Shown here one piece after another: positions 39,719 to 53,900 of a DNA stretch of 64,000 nt. Position 1 is the first letter of the stretch; each line of letters starts with the position of its first letter. Made by a program: the position numbers and the translations under genes. The stretch is from Camelus ferus (Eukaryota), in the NCBI RefSeq assembly GCF_009834535.1, contig NC_045696.1, positions 31,870,001 to 31,934,000 on the forward strand, read 5' to 3'. Below the pieces are notes generated by a model. That model worked only from the letters and a program-made list of their open reading frames with translations. It did not search any database and was not told where the DNA came from.

Positions 39719-39719
39719 T

Positions 39720-39750
<31 letters not shown>

Positions 39751-39770
39751 TACATACACACACACACACA
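39719..39770. repeat. (CA)n interrupted microsatellite
   Basis: Directly visible. Confidence 0.93.
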
Positions 39771-40089
39771 ATAGGATAACAAGTTTATGGACAGTTCTCA
39801 GGAATAAAAATACACTATATATTATAGACTAGGTTTTCAAAACATGTTAGATACTATTTAGAAGAGATTCACATTCTTCCTGAAAAATAAAAATCCATTT
39901 GCTGTAGAGGACTTGAGAAAATTATCACAATAAAAATGTTCCTATGAATATATGTATAAGATGTAGATAGATGTGACAGATAGAAAAAGAAAAACAAAGA
40001 CAGAGAGACAGAATTGTCTCTTAGACTACATTATTCATCATAAGTACTATTGCTTTCTAATATCAACATGGAGTATGGATAAGGAAAAA

Positions 40090-40310
40090 AACTACAATTT
40101 TTAAGTCATTATGTGACAACTATATTGTTCTTCTATGATCTATAGTCCTCATAAAACTTTACAAGGTAGATTTTGTAATTGCTGGTTTGCGTGTTCAGTT
40201 TTATGTAAGACATAAGACACAAAAAAGGAAAGTGGTTTATTTCCCAAAGTAATGAAAAAGTAGTTCAAGCTTTGATGTCCAGGTTACTTTGCCTCCAAAG
40301 AACATAATTA
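40090..40310 (-). mobile_element. Degraded MIR
   Basis: tcctcataaaactttacaaggtagat...tttcccaaagt...ccaggt...gcctccaaag. Confidence 0.5.
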
Positions 40311-41929
40311 TTTTTCCTATATCATGATTCCTTTCCCTACACTGATTCATTTTCTACTTGGTATTGCTTTATATTCAACAATCTCTGTCTTCATGTTCCT
40401 CAGAGATCAGGTTTCACTTACAACTCCAAATGCTCCAATGCCTGCCATTGATCTGATTCTTTGACTTGAACCCTGAAAAATACTTTTGAATCTAGTTGTT
40501 ACCAGGTTCTAAATCAAATCCAAATGGATGCACAACCCACAAAGTTTAAGGTTTCTTTTTCATCAACACTTGCAGGAACGACTTTTAACTGAAAAGCATT
40601 CTTCTTGTAAACACCTACATTGTTGTCTGGAAGGCCTCCAATAAAAAGTGTGCCTTAAAACCAAGACACAGAAATTTAGTTTCCACCAACACAATTCCCT
40701 TCCCAACCTCAACTCCTCTCCTAGAGACTCTTCTTTCAGCCCTATTTCCTTTTCAGTTATTAGATGTCTTGTCTTAATTTGATATCCATTTTTAATATAA
40801 CCAATAACTATATCATTTATAGTTATAGATTCAGTAAGAGATGGATCTCACACACACATAAAATGACTAAACTGGATGTAAACAATTTTTGTATATAGAA
40901 AACATTTTTCTAATTGTCACAAGCTTTATTATATTGACTAAAGTTACCCATCTTTCCCAACTTACTACTTACTCAAATGTTTAGAAATCTTGCCATTGCC
41001 TTGATTCTATCAACCTGTATCTTTTCTCAGACTATGATATTTAGAACTCAAACAACTTCTTAGATATATAATCAACTATGTTTCAAAAACCTCCTCTACC
41101 TGACTTAGAAAAGTCAACTTTCTATACTACTTTTACTCAATAATATCATAAATAATTTCTCTGAGGCAATATCCTAAGGAGTATGTCTACGGTGCAGGCA
41201 AATGTGATGAATTCATGCATTTTCCACAAAACAGTTAAGCCTTCTGTTTTAAAGAGGATTTCATTACTAGAACATGAGTTGGGGGAATAGTTTTCAGAGA
41301 CTTTCCTCTCCATCCAGATCTAAGAGTATCGTCTTTGATTCAACGGCTTAGAACACTGTGTAAAAGTACCCAAGAGTGACTATCTTTCTGATGCATTATC
41401 ACCAAATGACACTTATGTTTATGAGTTCTTAACCTGCAAATTTATCTTACAGAAATGTTTACCCCAAAATTCTTTTAAGAATGAGGAAAAAACATAAACA
41501 CATATAAAACAGGTGAAAGTTATAGTTTACTACCATCTGAATTTCATGAAAGAAATTTCTAAAGTGTGTACTCCAATGAGAACTAAAAAAAAAAGAAGGG
41601 AAGATGTGAAAAACTAGACATTAAGAGTAGCAAATAATAAATAAAATATAAAACTAGGCAAAAGTGTTCCATGAACTAAAATACTGGACAAAAATAGCAT
41701 GTAATTAACGAGATTGATGAAAAAAAATTAACAACTGAAGGAATTTGAATTATCAATATGTATACATTTTCAACTATGGTAAAATTTCAAGTGTAACTGA
41801 TATAAAAAGGAAATTAAGCAAGCAGAATTTAGAGTAGTAGTGTATTATTTTCAACCCAAAATTTGGGTAACAGATAAGGAAAAACTAAAAATAAAAAAGC
41901 ATTAAAAATAAAGAGTAAGCAAAATACTT

Positions 41930-43522
41930 GGAGTAGCCAAATCAATGTTAAAGGAGAACAAAGTCAGAAGACTGAAACAACCCACTTTTAAGACTTACTA
42001 TAAAGCTACAGTAATCAAAACAATGTGATATTGATGAAAGAAGAGACAAATAGATCAACAGAACAAAGAACCCAGAAATAGACCAACATGAATATAATCT
42101 ACCAATAATTGACAAAGGAACAATAGCAATAACATGGAGGAAAAAAAATAGTCTTTTCAAAATATGATGCTTGAAACATTGAAAATTCATATGTCAAAAA
42201 ATGAATCTAGACACAAACCTTATACTCTTCACAAAAATCAATTCAAAATGCATCCTAGATGTAAATGTAAAACTATAAGACTCTTAGAAGATAACATAAA
42301 ATCTACTTGACCTTGAGTATGGGGATGACTTTTTACATCTAACACCAAAGGCAGGATCCATGAAAGAAAGAATTGATAAACTGGACTTGATTAAAATTAA
42401 AATGCATGCTCTATGAAAGACACTGAAATGGGATTGAAAATAAGAAGAGAAGTCACAGACTGGGAGAAAATAATTGCAAAAGACACACCTGATATGGACT
42501 GTTATCTAAAAGTATACAAAGAACTCTTAAAACTCAATAAGAAAATGAACATGATTAAAAAATGAGCAAAGGACATGAACAGACACCTCACCAAAGAAGA
42601 TACACAGCAAATAAGTATGTGAAAAGATGTTCTATATCATATGTGATTAGAGAAACACAAATTTTAAAAAATGAGTTACCTCTCCACAATTATTAGAATA
42701 CCCAAAATCCAGAACACTGACCACACCAAATGCTAGCAACAGGAACTCTTATTCATAGCTGGTGGGAATGTAAAATGGTATAGCCACTTTGAAAGACAGA
42801 TTGGCAGTTTCCTAGCAAGCTAAATATACTTTTAACATACAATCAGCAATTTCATTCCTTGGTATTTACCCAAAGGAGTTGAAAACTCATCCACACAGAA
42901 ACCCACAAACAGATGTTCATAGCAGCTTGATTCAACTTTGCTAAAACTTGGAAGTAACCAACATGTTCTTCTGTAGGTGAACAGATAAATATATTGTGGT
43001 ACATCCAGTCAATGGAATATTACTTAGTGCTAAAAAGAAAGTTGCTATTAAACAATGAAAAGATATGGAGGAAATTTAAATGCTTATTACTAATAAAAGT
43101 GTCCAATCTGAAAAGGCAACATACTATATGATTCCAACTATAAAACATATTGGAAAAGGTAAAACTATAGAGATAGTAAAAAGATCAAGTGTTGTAGTGG
43201 ATCTAGAGATGAACAGACAGAACACAGAGGATTCTTTTTAGGTCAGTGAAACTGTTCTGTATGAAATAGTAGATACATGTCATTGTAAATTTACCCAAAC
43301 TCATAGAATATGTAGTGTCAAGAGTAAACTCTAATGTAAACTATGGACTATGGGTGATAATTACATCTCAATGTAGATTCATCAATTATAACAAATATAA
43401 AGTGAAGGAGACTGTGAGGAGGAAACAGGTTGTATATGAGAACTCTCCATATTTTCCACTTATTTTTTCTTTGAATCTACAACTGTTGTAAAAATAGTCT
43501 GTTAAAACAATAAAATAAAAAA
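41930..43522 (+). mobile_element. L1MC1/2-type element, 3' ORF2 plus 3'UTR
   Basis: aagacttactataaagctacagtaatcaaaaca...gtatttacccaaaggagttgaaaact...gagtaaactctaatgtaaactatggactatgggtgataat; A-rich tail. Confidence 0.88.
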
Positions 43523-43802
43523 TAAAGAGCAGGAAATGGAGACAGCATTGATAAAGCAGAAGAAAGAGAAAGTAAAAGATTATATTTTAAAAATCTTAAT
43601 GATTAAGATATCAAAATAAATGTAAATATACAGAATTTTGTTAAGACAGATAATGTAAGAATAGAATAAAAAAGGAAAATCAAATAATATTTAAAAGAGA
43701 CTCACTAAAATCTAAGGATAATAATAAATTTTAAAACCCTTAGGAATAAACATAGATGTTAAATCATCAAGATAAAAAGAAATAGCTTCAAATAAATGAT
43801 AC

Positions 43803-44230
43803 TGTATTAGTTTTCTATACTGTGTAACAAATTACTATAAACTTAGTTGGTTAAATAACAATCATTTATTATCTCCCAGCTTTTGGGGATCAGGAGTTTG
43901 GGCACTGCTTATCTGGGTCCTGTTTCAGGTCTAATAAGGCTACAATCTGGGTGTCATCAGGGGCAGTGGTCTCACCTGAGTTTTGTGATCTTATGAGCTC
44001 ATGTGGTTCTTGGTACATTTTCTTGTTGCTGTAGAGTTTATTGCAGCTAGCTTTCTCAAAGACAGCAGTGAAGAGAAAGAGTCTATTGCTTCAATCTAGA
44101 CCTTCTGTTAAAGGGATTAACTGATTAGGTCAGGCCTACCCAGGAAGATCTTCCTTTTGATTAATTCAAAGTCAACTGATTAGGGACCTTGATTACATTT
44201 TCAAAATAACCTCACCTTTGCCTTATAACA
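43803..44230 (-). mobile_element. MLT1D/E-type LTR
   Basis: tgtattagttttctatactgtgtaacaaattactataaacttagt...ttaattcaaagtcaactgattagggaccttgattacat. Confidence 0.82.
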
Positions 44231-44239
44231 AATGTTTTA

Positions 44240-45890
44240 TAGGAGAATTTTATAAAAAATTCAAGGAACAAATTATTTCAGTCTTATAAAGGTTTATATG
44301 AATATAACAATAGTTTATATTAGAAAATCTGTTGATGTATATCATCAGATTAATCAATTAAAGGAGAAAACCATATAATCACTTCAAAAGATACAATAAA
44401 ATGCCTGATATTAATACCCATTCAATTCAGTGCAAGTTCAGTTTTTTCAAGACCTTGAAAAGTTGATTCTACACTTCATCTATAAGTGGAAAACTCAAGA
44501 ATAGTTAAGTGATTCCTGAAGAGAATAAGTTAAGTATATGTGTTGGGATAAGAGTGAGGTTTGATCTACTTGGTATCAAAGCCATATATAATAGATCTGT
44601 AGTGATTAAAACACTATGGTTTGTTGCAAGGATAAATTTAATCATGAAATGGAAAGTCCACATATAACCATTCATATATGGAAATTTGAAGTATGATCAA
44701 AGTAGCATTACAATCCACTGGGAAAATACTAGACAATTCAATAAATGGAATTAAGATATTTAATTGCCAACTTGAATATAGTAGATTGACTAGTTCAATA
44801 GCTGTCCTTATTGCCTCTGTGTACTTTCCTGGATTATGGCATCTAGGAAGCTAAATACCAAGCTTCATAAACTCTTACAGCTAGGGTCTTCATATGGTTC
44901 ATTTTTACCAAACAGTTGGTTGACATGAGATTTAAATTCAGAACTAAATGAAGTAGAGAGAAAATATTTGCATTCAAGGCATCCAATATGATGGTATGTC
45001 TGTGGAACAAACAGCTTATGGGACAGCCACCTTATTCCTAGAGTGCAACAAAGGTGGTACTGTTTTGGAGCCAACAGTTGTCACAGAAGCTTCTTATTCT
45101 ATCACTTCCTGATTGTAGCCAGAGGTAACTATTTCCTCAGTTAACCATTTATGCATTGGTTTGTTGAGAATCATGACTGAAGCCCAGCCTAGAGCCTACC
45201 AACCCACTGAAGATTTTTGGATGCACACAATTCACTTTACTATCTCTCTTTCTTCTTAACATAGTATGCTGACAAAGAAATCCTGATTTATACAATTTTG
45301 TGAAAGTGACAATATGCAGTTGGATTCCTACTTCATGATATACTAAATACATTCCACAGGGATGAAGAACTTAAATATAAAAGGTAAAATTGTGTACACA
45401 TTAGAAGGAAATATAGGATAGATCTTTATATCCTCAAGGTGCAGAGTTTTATTTAAAAAGAAAACACAAGTATTAGCCAAAAAAGAAAAGATTAGTGAAC
45501 ATAACTATATTAAAATAAGAACTTTAGTTCATTAAAACAAACAAACAAAAATAACAAAACACTGTAGAGTAAAACAAAACAAAAACTAGGGGAAAATGTT
45601 TGAAAGACATGAGTAAAAAGGAGAAAGTTATCTAGATTAACATTAAAAAAAAAAGACAGCCTTTTTGAAATGTGAGTAGAAGACATTTCACAGAAGAGAA
45701 AACACAATGGCCAATATACATAGAAAAAGATGCCTAACTCATTTAGCAATTAATGAAATGCTAATTAAAATCACAGTGAGATACCATTTTACACATCATA
45801 TATGGTCCAAACTTATAAAATCTGGTAATATTAATTGTTGGCAAGGATATAAAACAAGGGAAACACTTAAATACTACTAGTAGCATAAAA
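44240..45890 (+). mobile_element. Old L1M/L1ME ORF2 fragments, interrupted at about 44800-45210 by an LTR33-like piece
   Basis: aaggagaaaaccatataatcacttcaaaagatac; acaattcaataaatgg; gaagacatttcacagaagagaaaacacaatggccaata...gagataccattttacac. The LTR33-like motif is cttacagctagggtc. Confidence 0.6.
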
Positions 45891-48823
45891 GATTTGTTGG
45901 AAGGAAAGCCTAGAAAAAAGAAATGAAGAGAAAAATGTATTAAGAACCACATTGTGAGAACGAAGTATATATTCAGTGGGAGTTCTGAAAAAGGGTTAGT
46001 TGAAGAAGGCTTATTAACAAGGGAAAATTGCATTAATGGATGGCTTCCAAACTGTAGTACATCAGCATGCCCTCAGGTACTGGATGAAAAATGAAATCAG
46101 TTGATATATTTTGTAAGGATAATTAGAATTCAAGAACACAGAATGAGAAAAAAAAAGTAGAGCTGAGCACAGATGCTTTTACAATGTAGCATTCTGGAAA
46201 ATGAAAGAGGCTGAAGCAAAAGAGAGAATCATGCTTCCCAATCATATTGCCACACTACAAGACTAGAGAGAAGTGACCTTTGAGCAGAGGAGTTGGAACC
46301 ACTGTCATCCTGAAATATTCTAAGAGGTCATATTAGGTGGAGGAGCTACTGTCAGCATATGAGGATTTTGACCCATTTACATATAACTTGGGGAAAGGGG
46401 TCAAGCAGAGCAACAAACTTGGCTAAAGCTATTTTTATCTTCCAAGCCCTATTCTACATCTATAAACCCATCCTAGTGGATTAGGGAAGCAACAGCTAGA
46501 GCACATTTTAATTTTCATGCTGAAATTAATAGTTAGATAAAAACTACATAAAAGTTTTTGGTTCCTTCATATGACTAAGGTGATATATTTCAAATAGTAT
46601 TAAAAGCCACTATTTTATTCCTTTGAAATACCTGTATGAAAGATAATAAGAAACTCTCTTTCAAAGCATTACCTTCACACAATTGAAACTAAAATGACTT
46701 TAACTTAGATGTTTTTTAAAAAGCCAAATGCAAATGTTTTTAGGCTCTGGAAACTAGTTGGATGAAAGATTAGACTGATGAGACAAGAAAGGTACAGTTC
46801 CCCATCTAGTTTATTCCTGTTATTTCAGTAAGTAGGGGCCATCTGGGTCTTTACATGACCTATTTACACACAAATAGCTTAGTTATGTTCTCTTTCTTTC
46901 TCACTCTCTCTTACCTCCAGATAAATTATTTCTTCATGCTTCATGACCATTATATATGGCAAGTCATACCCTGGTAGTTATAGAGTCCCCATCTTAAGGA
47001 ATCATTAAAGATTGCCTTAGTCAACAGGAGAAAAGTAATTTCTACAACAATAATTACCTAAATCTTTGTTGAATTATAATGTTCCCAGTGACTATTCCTC
47101 TTAGCACCTACTGCAAAAATGCCTTCTCTTTATTCTGAAGGGCATGCTCATATCTAGGAACTCAAAACATTGTCATTCCAGTAGACATTTGCTCCTGCAA
47201 AGGAGGAGAAACCAGTCCTATTTTAATCTCAAAAACTACAAATTCAATATACATACAACAGAATCTTTTCTGGGTTTACAAATTAACATGAATTATGAGA
47301 TTTCAAATAAGATAGTATTAATATTTTGGATATAGAAAACAAATGCTGTCTTAGGGTATGTCCTCTAGAAACAGAACCAGAGACAAATTCACATGTTTTT
47401 CAGGATAAACCTGAAAGTGAGGAAAGAATAGGAAAAGGGGAAGAGGCCAAGAAGAATGTGATTTCAGGTAGTCAATCTTGGACAGGTCCAAGGGAAAGGC
47501 AAGAGGGCTCAAAATCCTAAAACCAACCAGAGTAGGCCTGCCTTAACGCAAAGCAACCAGCTTTATATGCTCCATGAATAACTCACTGTCTACTCCCTGC
47601 AGTTGAGAGGGATAATTTGACAGGTGGTCTCATCTAGTTGCTCTCATCAGTTGAGCTGTCCCTCAGCCAGAACCAGACTGGCTTCATGGGGGTATATCCA
47701 GTGCGATCTCATAGGAGTCTGCGCAGAAGGACCCTACACTTGGATCAGTGATACCCTGTCTCTGTATTAAGATTTTTAGTAATATTGTTTTTGAACTTGT
47801 GAACTCCAAAGAGACAATTGAAGATGTGAGTGAACAGAGTAATTGCATGTAATACGTATCTGTCACTTCTTCCTTCCCCAAATGTACATAGCATTCATAA
47901 TATCCCACAGGTGTGCAATTTGAGTGGAAACGTGACATGTAGATTTAGTGAGAGTCAACCAGAACTTGCTTTAGATGAAGAAAGGCAACTGTGTTCTCAG
48001 AAACACAAATGAGGAAGAAATCCTATTGTATCCTCTTTTATTCGTGCTCCTTCCCTGCACTAACCATCTATTACTCTGAATATAATGAAAGAAAGAAGAG
48101 AGTAAGGGCCACCAATAGTCCTCTATCTTTTAGTTCTTCCTTATTCATGAAAAAGGTAGAGTGTTGGTAGAATGTGAGCAAATCAAAAAGTAATATTAAG
48201 TAGTTGAACTAGTTTTATGCATTTCCAATTTTCTGGTAAGAATGAAATACATATGCATGTATGTGTTATGAAATTTGAATTGGGTAACTTTGGTGATTCT
48301 ACAAATAATTTAAATGCTCTAATATTTACATTCAAAACTGGCAATGTACAACATAAAAATGAATGATAATAATCATGCAAATAATTTTATATTTAAATTT
48401 TTTTATTTAACTAAAGTTGATTTACAATATTGTGCTAGTTTTGGAGTACAACTTCAGATTCTTTTCCATTAGGGCTATTACAAGATATTGAATATAGTTC
48501 CCTGTGTTATAGAATAAATCCTTGATGTTCATCCATCTCATGTATAGTGGTGTTTATCTGTTAACCCCATATTCCTAATTTATCCCTCTCTCTCCCTTTT
48601 TCATTTTGGTAACCATAAATTTGTTTTCTATGTCTGTGAGTCTGTTTCTATTTTGTAAATAAGTTGATTTGTATTCTTTTTTGAGATTCCACATGTAAGT
48701 GATATTGTATAATATTTGTTTCCCTCTGTCTGACATACCTCAATTACTATAATAATCTCTAGATTCATCCATGTGATACAAAGGGCATTATTTCATTATT
48801 TTTATGGCTGAATAATATTCCAT

Positions 48824-48824
<1 letters not shown>

Positions 48825-48885
<61 letters not shown>
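48825..48885. repeat. (TG)n(TA)n microsatellite
   Basis: Directly visible. Confidence 0.95.
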
Positions 48886-48888
<3 letters not shown>

Positions 48889-48900
48889 CACCTCTTCTTT

Positions 48901-49378
48901 TTTTTAATTGAATTATAGTCAGTTTACAATGTTGCATCAATTTCTGGTATATAGCATAATGTTTTAGTCATACATATACATACATATATTCCTTTTTGTC
49001 TCCTTTTTCATTATAGATTATTACAAGATACTGAATATGGTTCCCTATGCTATACAGTATAAACTTGTTGCTTATCTATTTTGTATATAGTAATTAGTAT
49101 CTGCAAATCTCAAACTGCCAATTTATCCCTTCCGACCCCTTTCCCCCCCAGTAACCATAAGTTTGTTTTCTGTGTCTGTGAATCTGTTTCTGTTTTGTAA
49201 ATAAAATCATTTGTGTTTTTTTTTTCCATTTACACATGTAAGTGATAATCATATGGTATTTTTCTTTCTCTTTCTGGCTTACTTCACTAAGAATAATGAT
49301 CTTCAGCTCCATCCATGGTGCTGCAAATGGCATTATTTTATTCTTTTATGGATGAGTAGTGGTCCACTGTATAAATAT
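48901..49378 (-). mobile_element. Younger L1 3' fragment nested in copy B
   Basis: Second poly-T/3'UTR; 14-bp direct repeat accacctcttcttt at 48887-48900 and 49379-49392. Confidence 0.88.
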
Positions 49379-50738
49379 ACCACCTCTTCTTTATCCGTTC
49401 ATCTGTTCAAGGTCATTTAGGTTACTTCCACATCTTGTCTATTGTGAATAGCACTGCTATGAGCTTTGAGGTACATGTACTTTTTCCAATTAGGGTTTTT
49501 ATGTTTTCCAGGTATATGCCCAGGAATGAGATTTCTGGATCATATGGTAACTCTATTTTTCGTGTTTTAAGGAAACTCCATTCCAGTTTCCATAGTGAGT
49601 ACACAAATTTACATGCCAACTAAGGGAGTAGGAGGATTCCATTTTATCCACACCCTCTCCAGCATTTATATTTGTAGACTTTTTGATGATGGCCATTCTT
49701 ATCAGTGTGAGGTGATACCTCATTGTGGTTTTTATGTGCATTTCTCTAATAATTAGTGATACTGAGCATCTTTTCAAGTGCCTGTTGGCCATCTGTATGT
49801 TTCCTTTAGAGAAATGTCTATTTAGATCTTCAAATGCTTTTTCTGAATCTTTTGAGATGATCATTTTTTGACTGTGTTTGTTGGGTTTTTTAGTGTTGAG
49901 TTGTATGAGCTGTCTGTATATTTTGGAAATTAAGCCTAGTCAGTCACATCATTTGCAAATATATTTTTCCAGTCAGTAGGTTGTCTTTCTGTTTTGTTGA
50001 TGATTTCCTTCACTGTGCAAAACTTTTTAAGTTTGATTAGGTCCCATTTGTTTATTTTTGCTTTTAGTTGGTTTTTTTTTTTTTTTTTTTTTGCCTTAAG
50101 AGACTGATCTAAGAAAATATTACTACAGTTTATGTCCAAGAATATTTTGCCTTTATTCTTTTCTAACAGTTTTATGGTGTCATGTATTATATTTAATTCT
50201 TTAAGTCATTTTGAGTTTATTTTTGAGTATGGTGTGAGGGAATGTTCTAGATTCATTTATTTGCCTGTAGCTGTCCAGCTTTCTCAACACCACTTGCTGA
50301 AGAAACTGTCTTTTCTGCATTATGTATTGTTGCCTCTTTTGTCAAATATCAATTGACTGTAGGTGTGTGGCTTTATTTCTGGGCTCTCTATTCTATTCCA
50401 CTGATCTATGTGTCTGTTTTTGTGCCAATATCACACTGTTTTGATTACTATAACTTTATAGTATTGTCTAAAATCTGAGAGGGTTATGCCTCCAGCTTTG
50501 TTCTTTTTCCTCAGAATTTCTTTGGCAATTATGTGTTTTTGTGATTCTGTATAAATTTTAGGACAATTTGTTCTAGCTCTGTGAAAAATGTCCTGAGTAA
50601 TTTGATAGGAATCACATTAAATCTGTGGATTATTTGGGGCAGTATGGCCACTTAAACAATACAAAAATTTTCAATTCAAGAGCAGGTGATATCTTTCCAT
50701 TTCTTTGTATCATCTTCAATTTCCTTTATCAGTGTTTT

Positions 50739-50977
50739 CTGTTTGTTTTTATTGGATTATAGTCAGTTTACAATATTATGCTAATTTCTGGTATAGAGCA
50801 TAGTGATTCATTTATACATATATGTTATATATATATATATATATATTCCTTTTCATATTCTTTTTCATTATAAGCCATTACAAGGCATTGAATATAGTTC
50901 CCAGTGCTATACAGTAGGACCTTGTTGTTTATCTATTTTATATATAGTGGTTAGTATCTAAGAATCCTGAGCTATAT
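50739..50977 (-). mobile_element. L1 3' tail fragment nested in copy B ORF2, no TSD
   Basis: ttttattggattatagtcagtttacaat...gaatatagttcccagtgctatacagtagg...ggttagtatct. Confidence 0.88.
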
Positions 50978-53900
50978 GGTTTTCTATATAGAGTATCATA
51001 ATCTCTGCATGCAATGTCAATTTTATCTCTTCCCTCCCAATTTAGATACATTTATTTCTTTTTCTTGTGTGACCCTGTGGCTAGGACTTCCAGTGTTCAA
51101 CAGAAGTGGTAAGAGTGGGCATCCTTGTCTTGTTCCAGAATTTAGTAGAAAGTCTTCAGCTTTTCACCTTTGAGTATTATATTGGCTGTGGGCTTGTTCT
51201 AAATGACTTTTATAAAAGCTATTATTAAATGATTGAGATATGTTCCTTCTATACCCATTTTGATGAGAGTTTTTATCATGAATGATTGTTGAATTTTATC
51301 AAATGCTTTTTCTGCATCTTTTGAGATGATCATGTGGTTTTGTCTTTTCTTTTGTCGACATGCATATGTTGAATAATCTTTGTCATCATGGATGTTTAGT
51401 AGCATGCTGTTTAGTCTCCATGTCATCTTTTTTTTTTTCTCTCATTTTTTTCCTGAGTCCAATTTCTAGTTTCATGCTGTTGTAGTCAGATAAGATGCTT
51501 GAAAAATTTCTGTCCTCTAAATTTGTTGAGCCTTGGTTCGTGCCTTTTTTTTTTAATGGTCTATCTTAGAGACTGTTTCACGCACACTTGATAAGAGTAT
51601 ATTCTGGGGTTTTTTTGTTGCTGTTGTTGTTGAACGTAGTATTCTATAGATATTAATTAAGTCTATTCTATTGTGTCATTTAGAGCCTCTGCAGCCTTAT
51701 TAATTTTCTCTCTGGAAGATCTGTCCATTGATGTCAATGTGGTTTTAAAATCTCCTACTATTACTGTATTCACATCAATTTCTCCTTTTATGTATTTTAG
51801 TATTTGTTTTATGTGTTTAGGTGCTGCTGTATTGGGTGCATAATGGGTGTAATACCTTTTTCTTGGTTGATCCTTTTATCATTATATAGTGTCCTTCTTT
51901 GTCTTTATGGCTTTGTCTTAAAGTCTATTTTGGCTGATATGAATATTGCTACCCCTGTTTTCTTGTTGATTCCATTTGTATTAAACATCTTTTTCCATCC
52001 CCTCACTTTCGATTTATGAATGTCTTTTGCTGTAAGGTATAGCACAGGGAACTTTTGCCTCTTGTAGGCAGCAAATTGTAGGTTATTTTTTTATTATCCA
52101 ATCTGCTATTCTATATCTTTTGATTAAAGCATTTAGACCATTGACATTTAAAGGAATTATTGATAAGTATATGTGTTTGTTACCATTTTAAACCTTGTTT
52201 TCCAGTTGATTTTGTATTTCTTCTTTGTTCTTTTATTCTTCTTTTTGTTTTTCCCTTTGTAGTTTGATGTGATTCTTTAGTATTATCTTTGATTGCCTTT
52301 CTTTTTTGTTTATGTGAGTCTGTTGTGTTTTTCACTTGTAATTAACCTGGTGTTCAAGTATGTTTACCCATAACTGTATCTACGTGTTTTAGATTGATAA
52401 TCATGTAAGCTCGTGTATTCTAAAAGATCTTTATTTTCTTATTCCCCTCCACCACATTTTGTAATTCTAATGTCCTATTTTCCATCTTCATCTTCATTTC
52501 CATCTTGCTATCCCTTGTGATTACACTCATCTTTACAGAATTCTTTTTGATTGTTTTTTAATCTGTGTATTGGTTTATTTAAGTGATCTTCAATCCTTTT
52601 ATATATTTGCCTTTCCTATTGTTATTTTCCCTTTCCTGTAGATGCTTGCTTCTTTTCTGTTTATAGAAGACCTTTTAATATTTCTCTTAGGATAGGTTTG
52701 GTATTGCTGTATTCTTTTAGGTTATGCTTGTCTAAGAAACTCTTTAGCTCTCTTTCCATTCTAAATGATAATCTTGCTGGGTAGATTATCCTAGATTATA
52801 GATTTTAGCATTTCAAGACTTTGAATATATCTTTTCACTGCCTTCTTGCTTGTAGTGTGTCTGTAGAGAAATCAGCTGATAGCCTTACAGGCTATAACTG
52901 CCTGTTTTTCTCTTGCTGCCTTTAGAATTTTCACTTTAACTTTTACCATTTTAATTATCATGTCTTGGTGTGGATCTGTTTGTATTCATCTTATTTGGGA
53001 CCTTCTGTGCTTCTTGTACCTAGATATATTGTTTCCTTCTTTAGGTTTGGGTAATTTTAAACCATAATTTCTTCAATAAATTTCATATCCCTTTTTGTCT
53101 TTATTCTCCTCTGGGTATCCCTATTATGAGTAGGTCAGACACTCTATATTATCCCATAGGTCTTATGTGTGTGTGTGTGTGTGTTTTTTTTTTTTTCATT
53201 TGTCTTTCTGTCTGCTGTTCTCATTGGATGATGTCATTATTTTGTCTTCCAGATCACTTATTGGTTCTTTTGCATTACTTAGTTTGGTATTTATTGCTTT
53301 TAGTTTGGTTTTTATCTCAGCAGTTGAGTTGCTTAATTTAGATTGGCTCCTCTTTATGTTTTCTAATTCATGGTTACAGTGATCTACATTTTTATTGATA
53401 ATCTTTCTTAGTTCCTTTAGCATTTTTATTATCTCCTTTTTGAACTCAAGTTCTGGTAGATTGTCAAAGTCTGTTTTATTATTTGTTCTTTCGGGGGATT
53501 TCTCTTGTTCTTTTAATTGGAAATGGTTCTTCTAATTTTTTATTTTACCTGTATTTCTCTAACTCTATGAATTTAGAAGAAACAGTTATTTACTATGGTA
53601 TTGAAACACTGATTTTTTTTGTGGAAGCTTCCCTGTGTAGACTGTGTGTGTCTGGTATTTTCAGTACGAGGGCTGTATTTGGTGTAAATACCTGCTATGT
53701 CTTTCCTCAGAGTATGTTGGCCTTTGTTCCCTTGATAGTAACCACAGCCTGCCCTGGATGTTGGTTGGGGTCTACTCTTTGCTCTGTGGTTGTCACTGTC
53801 CAGAGTCTGCTCCAGTTGTTGGAGTAAAAGCCCACATATCTGGTTCTAAGCTGGAATGTGAGGTAGGCAGAACTGGAGCACTGCCTCTGGGAAAGGAGCT

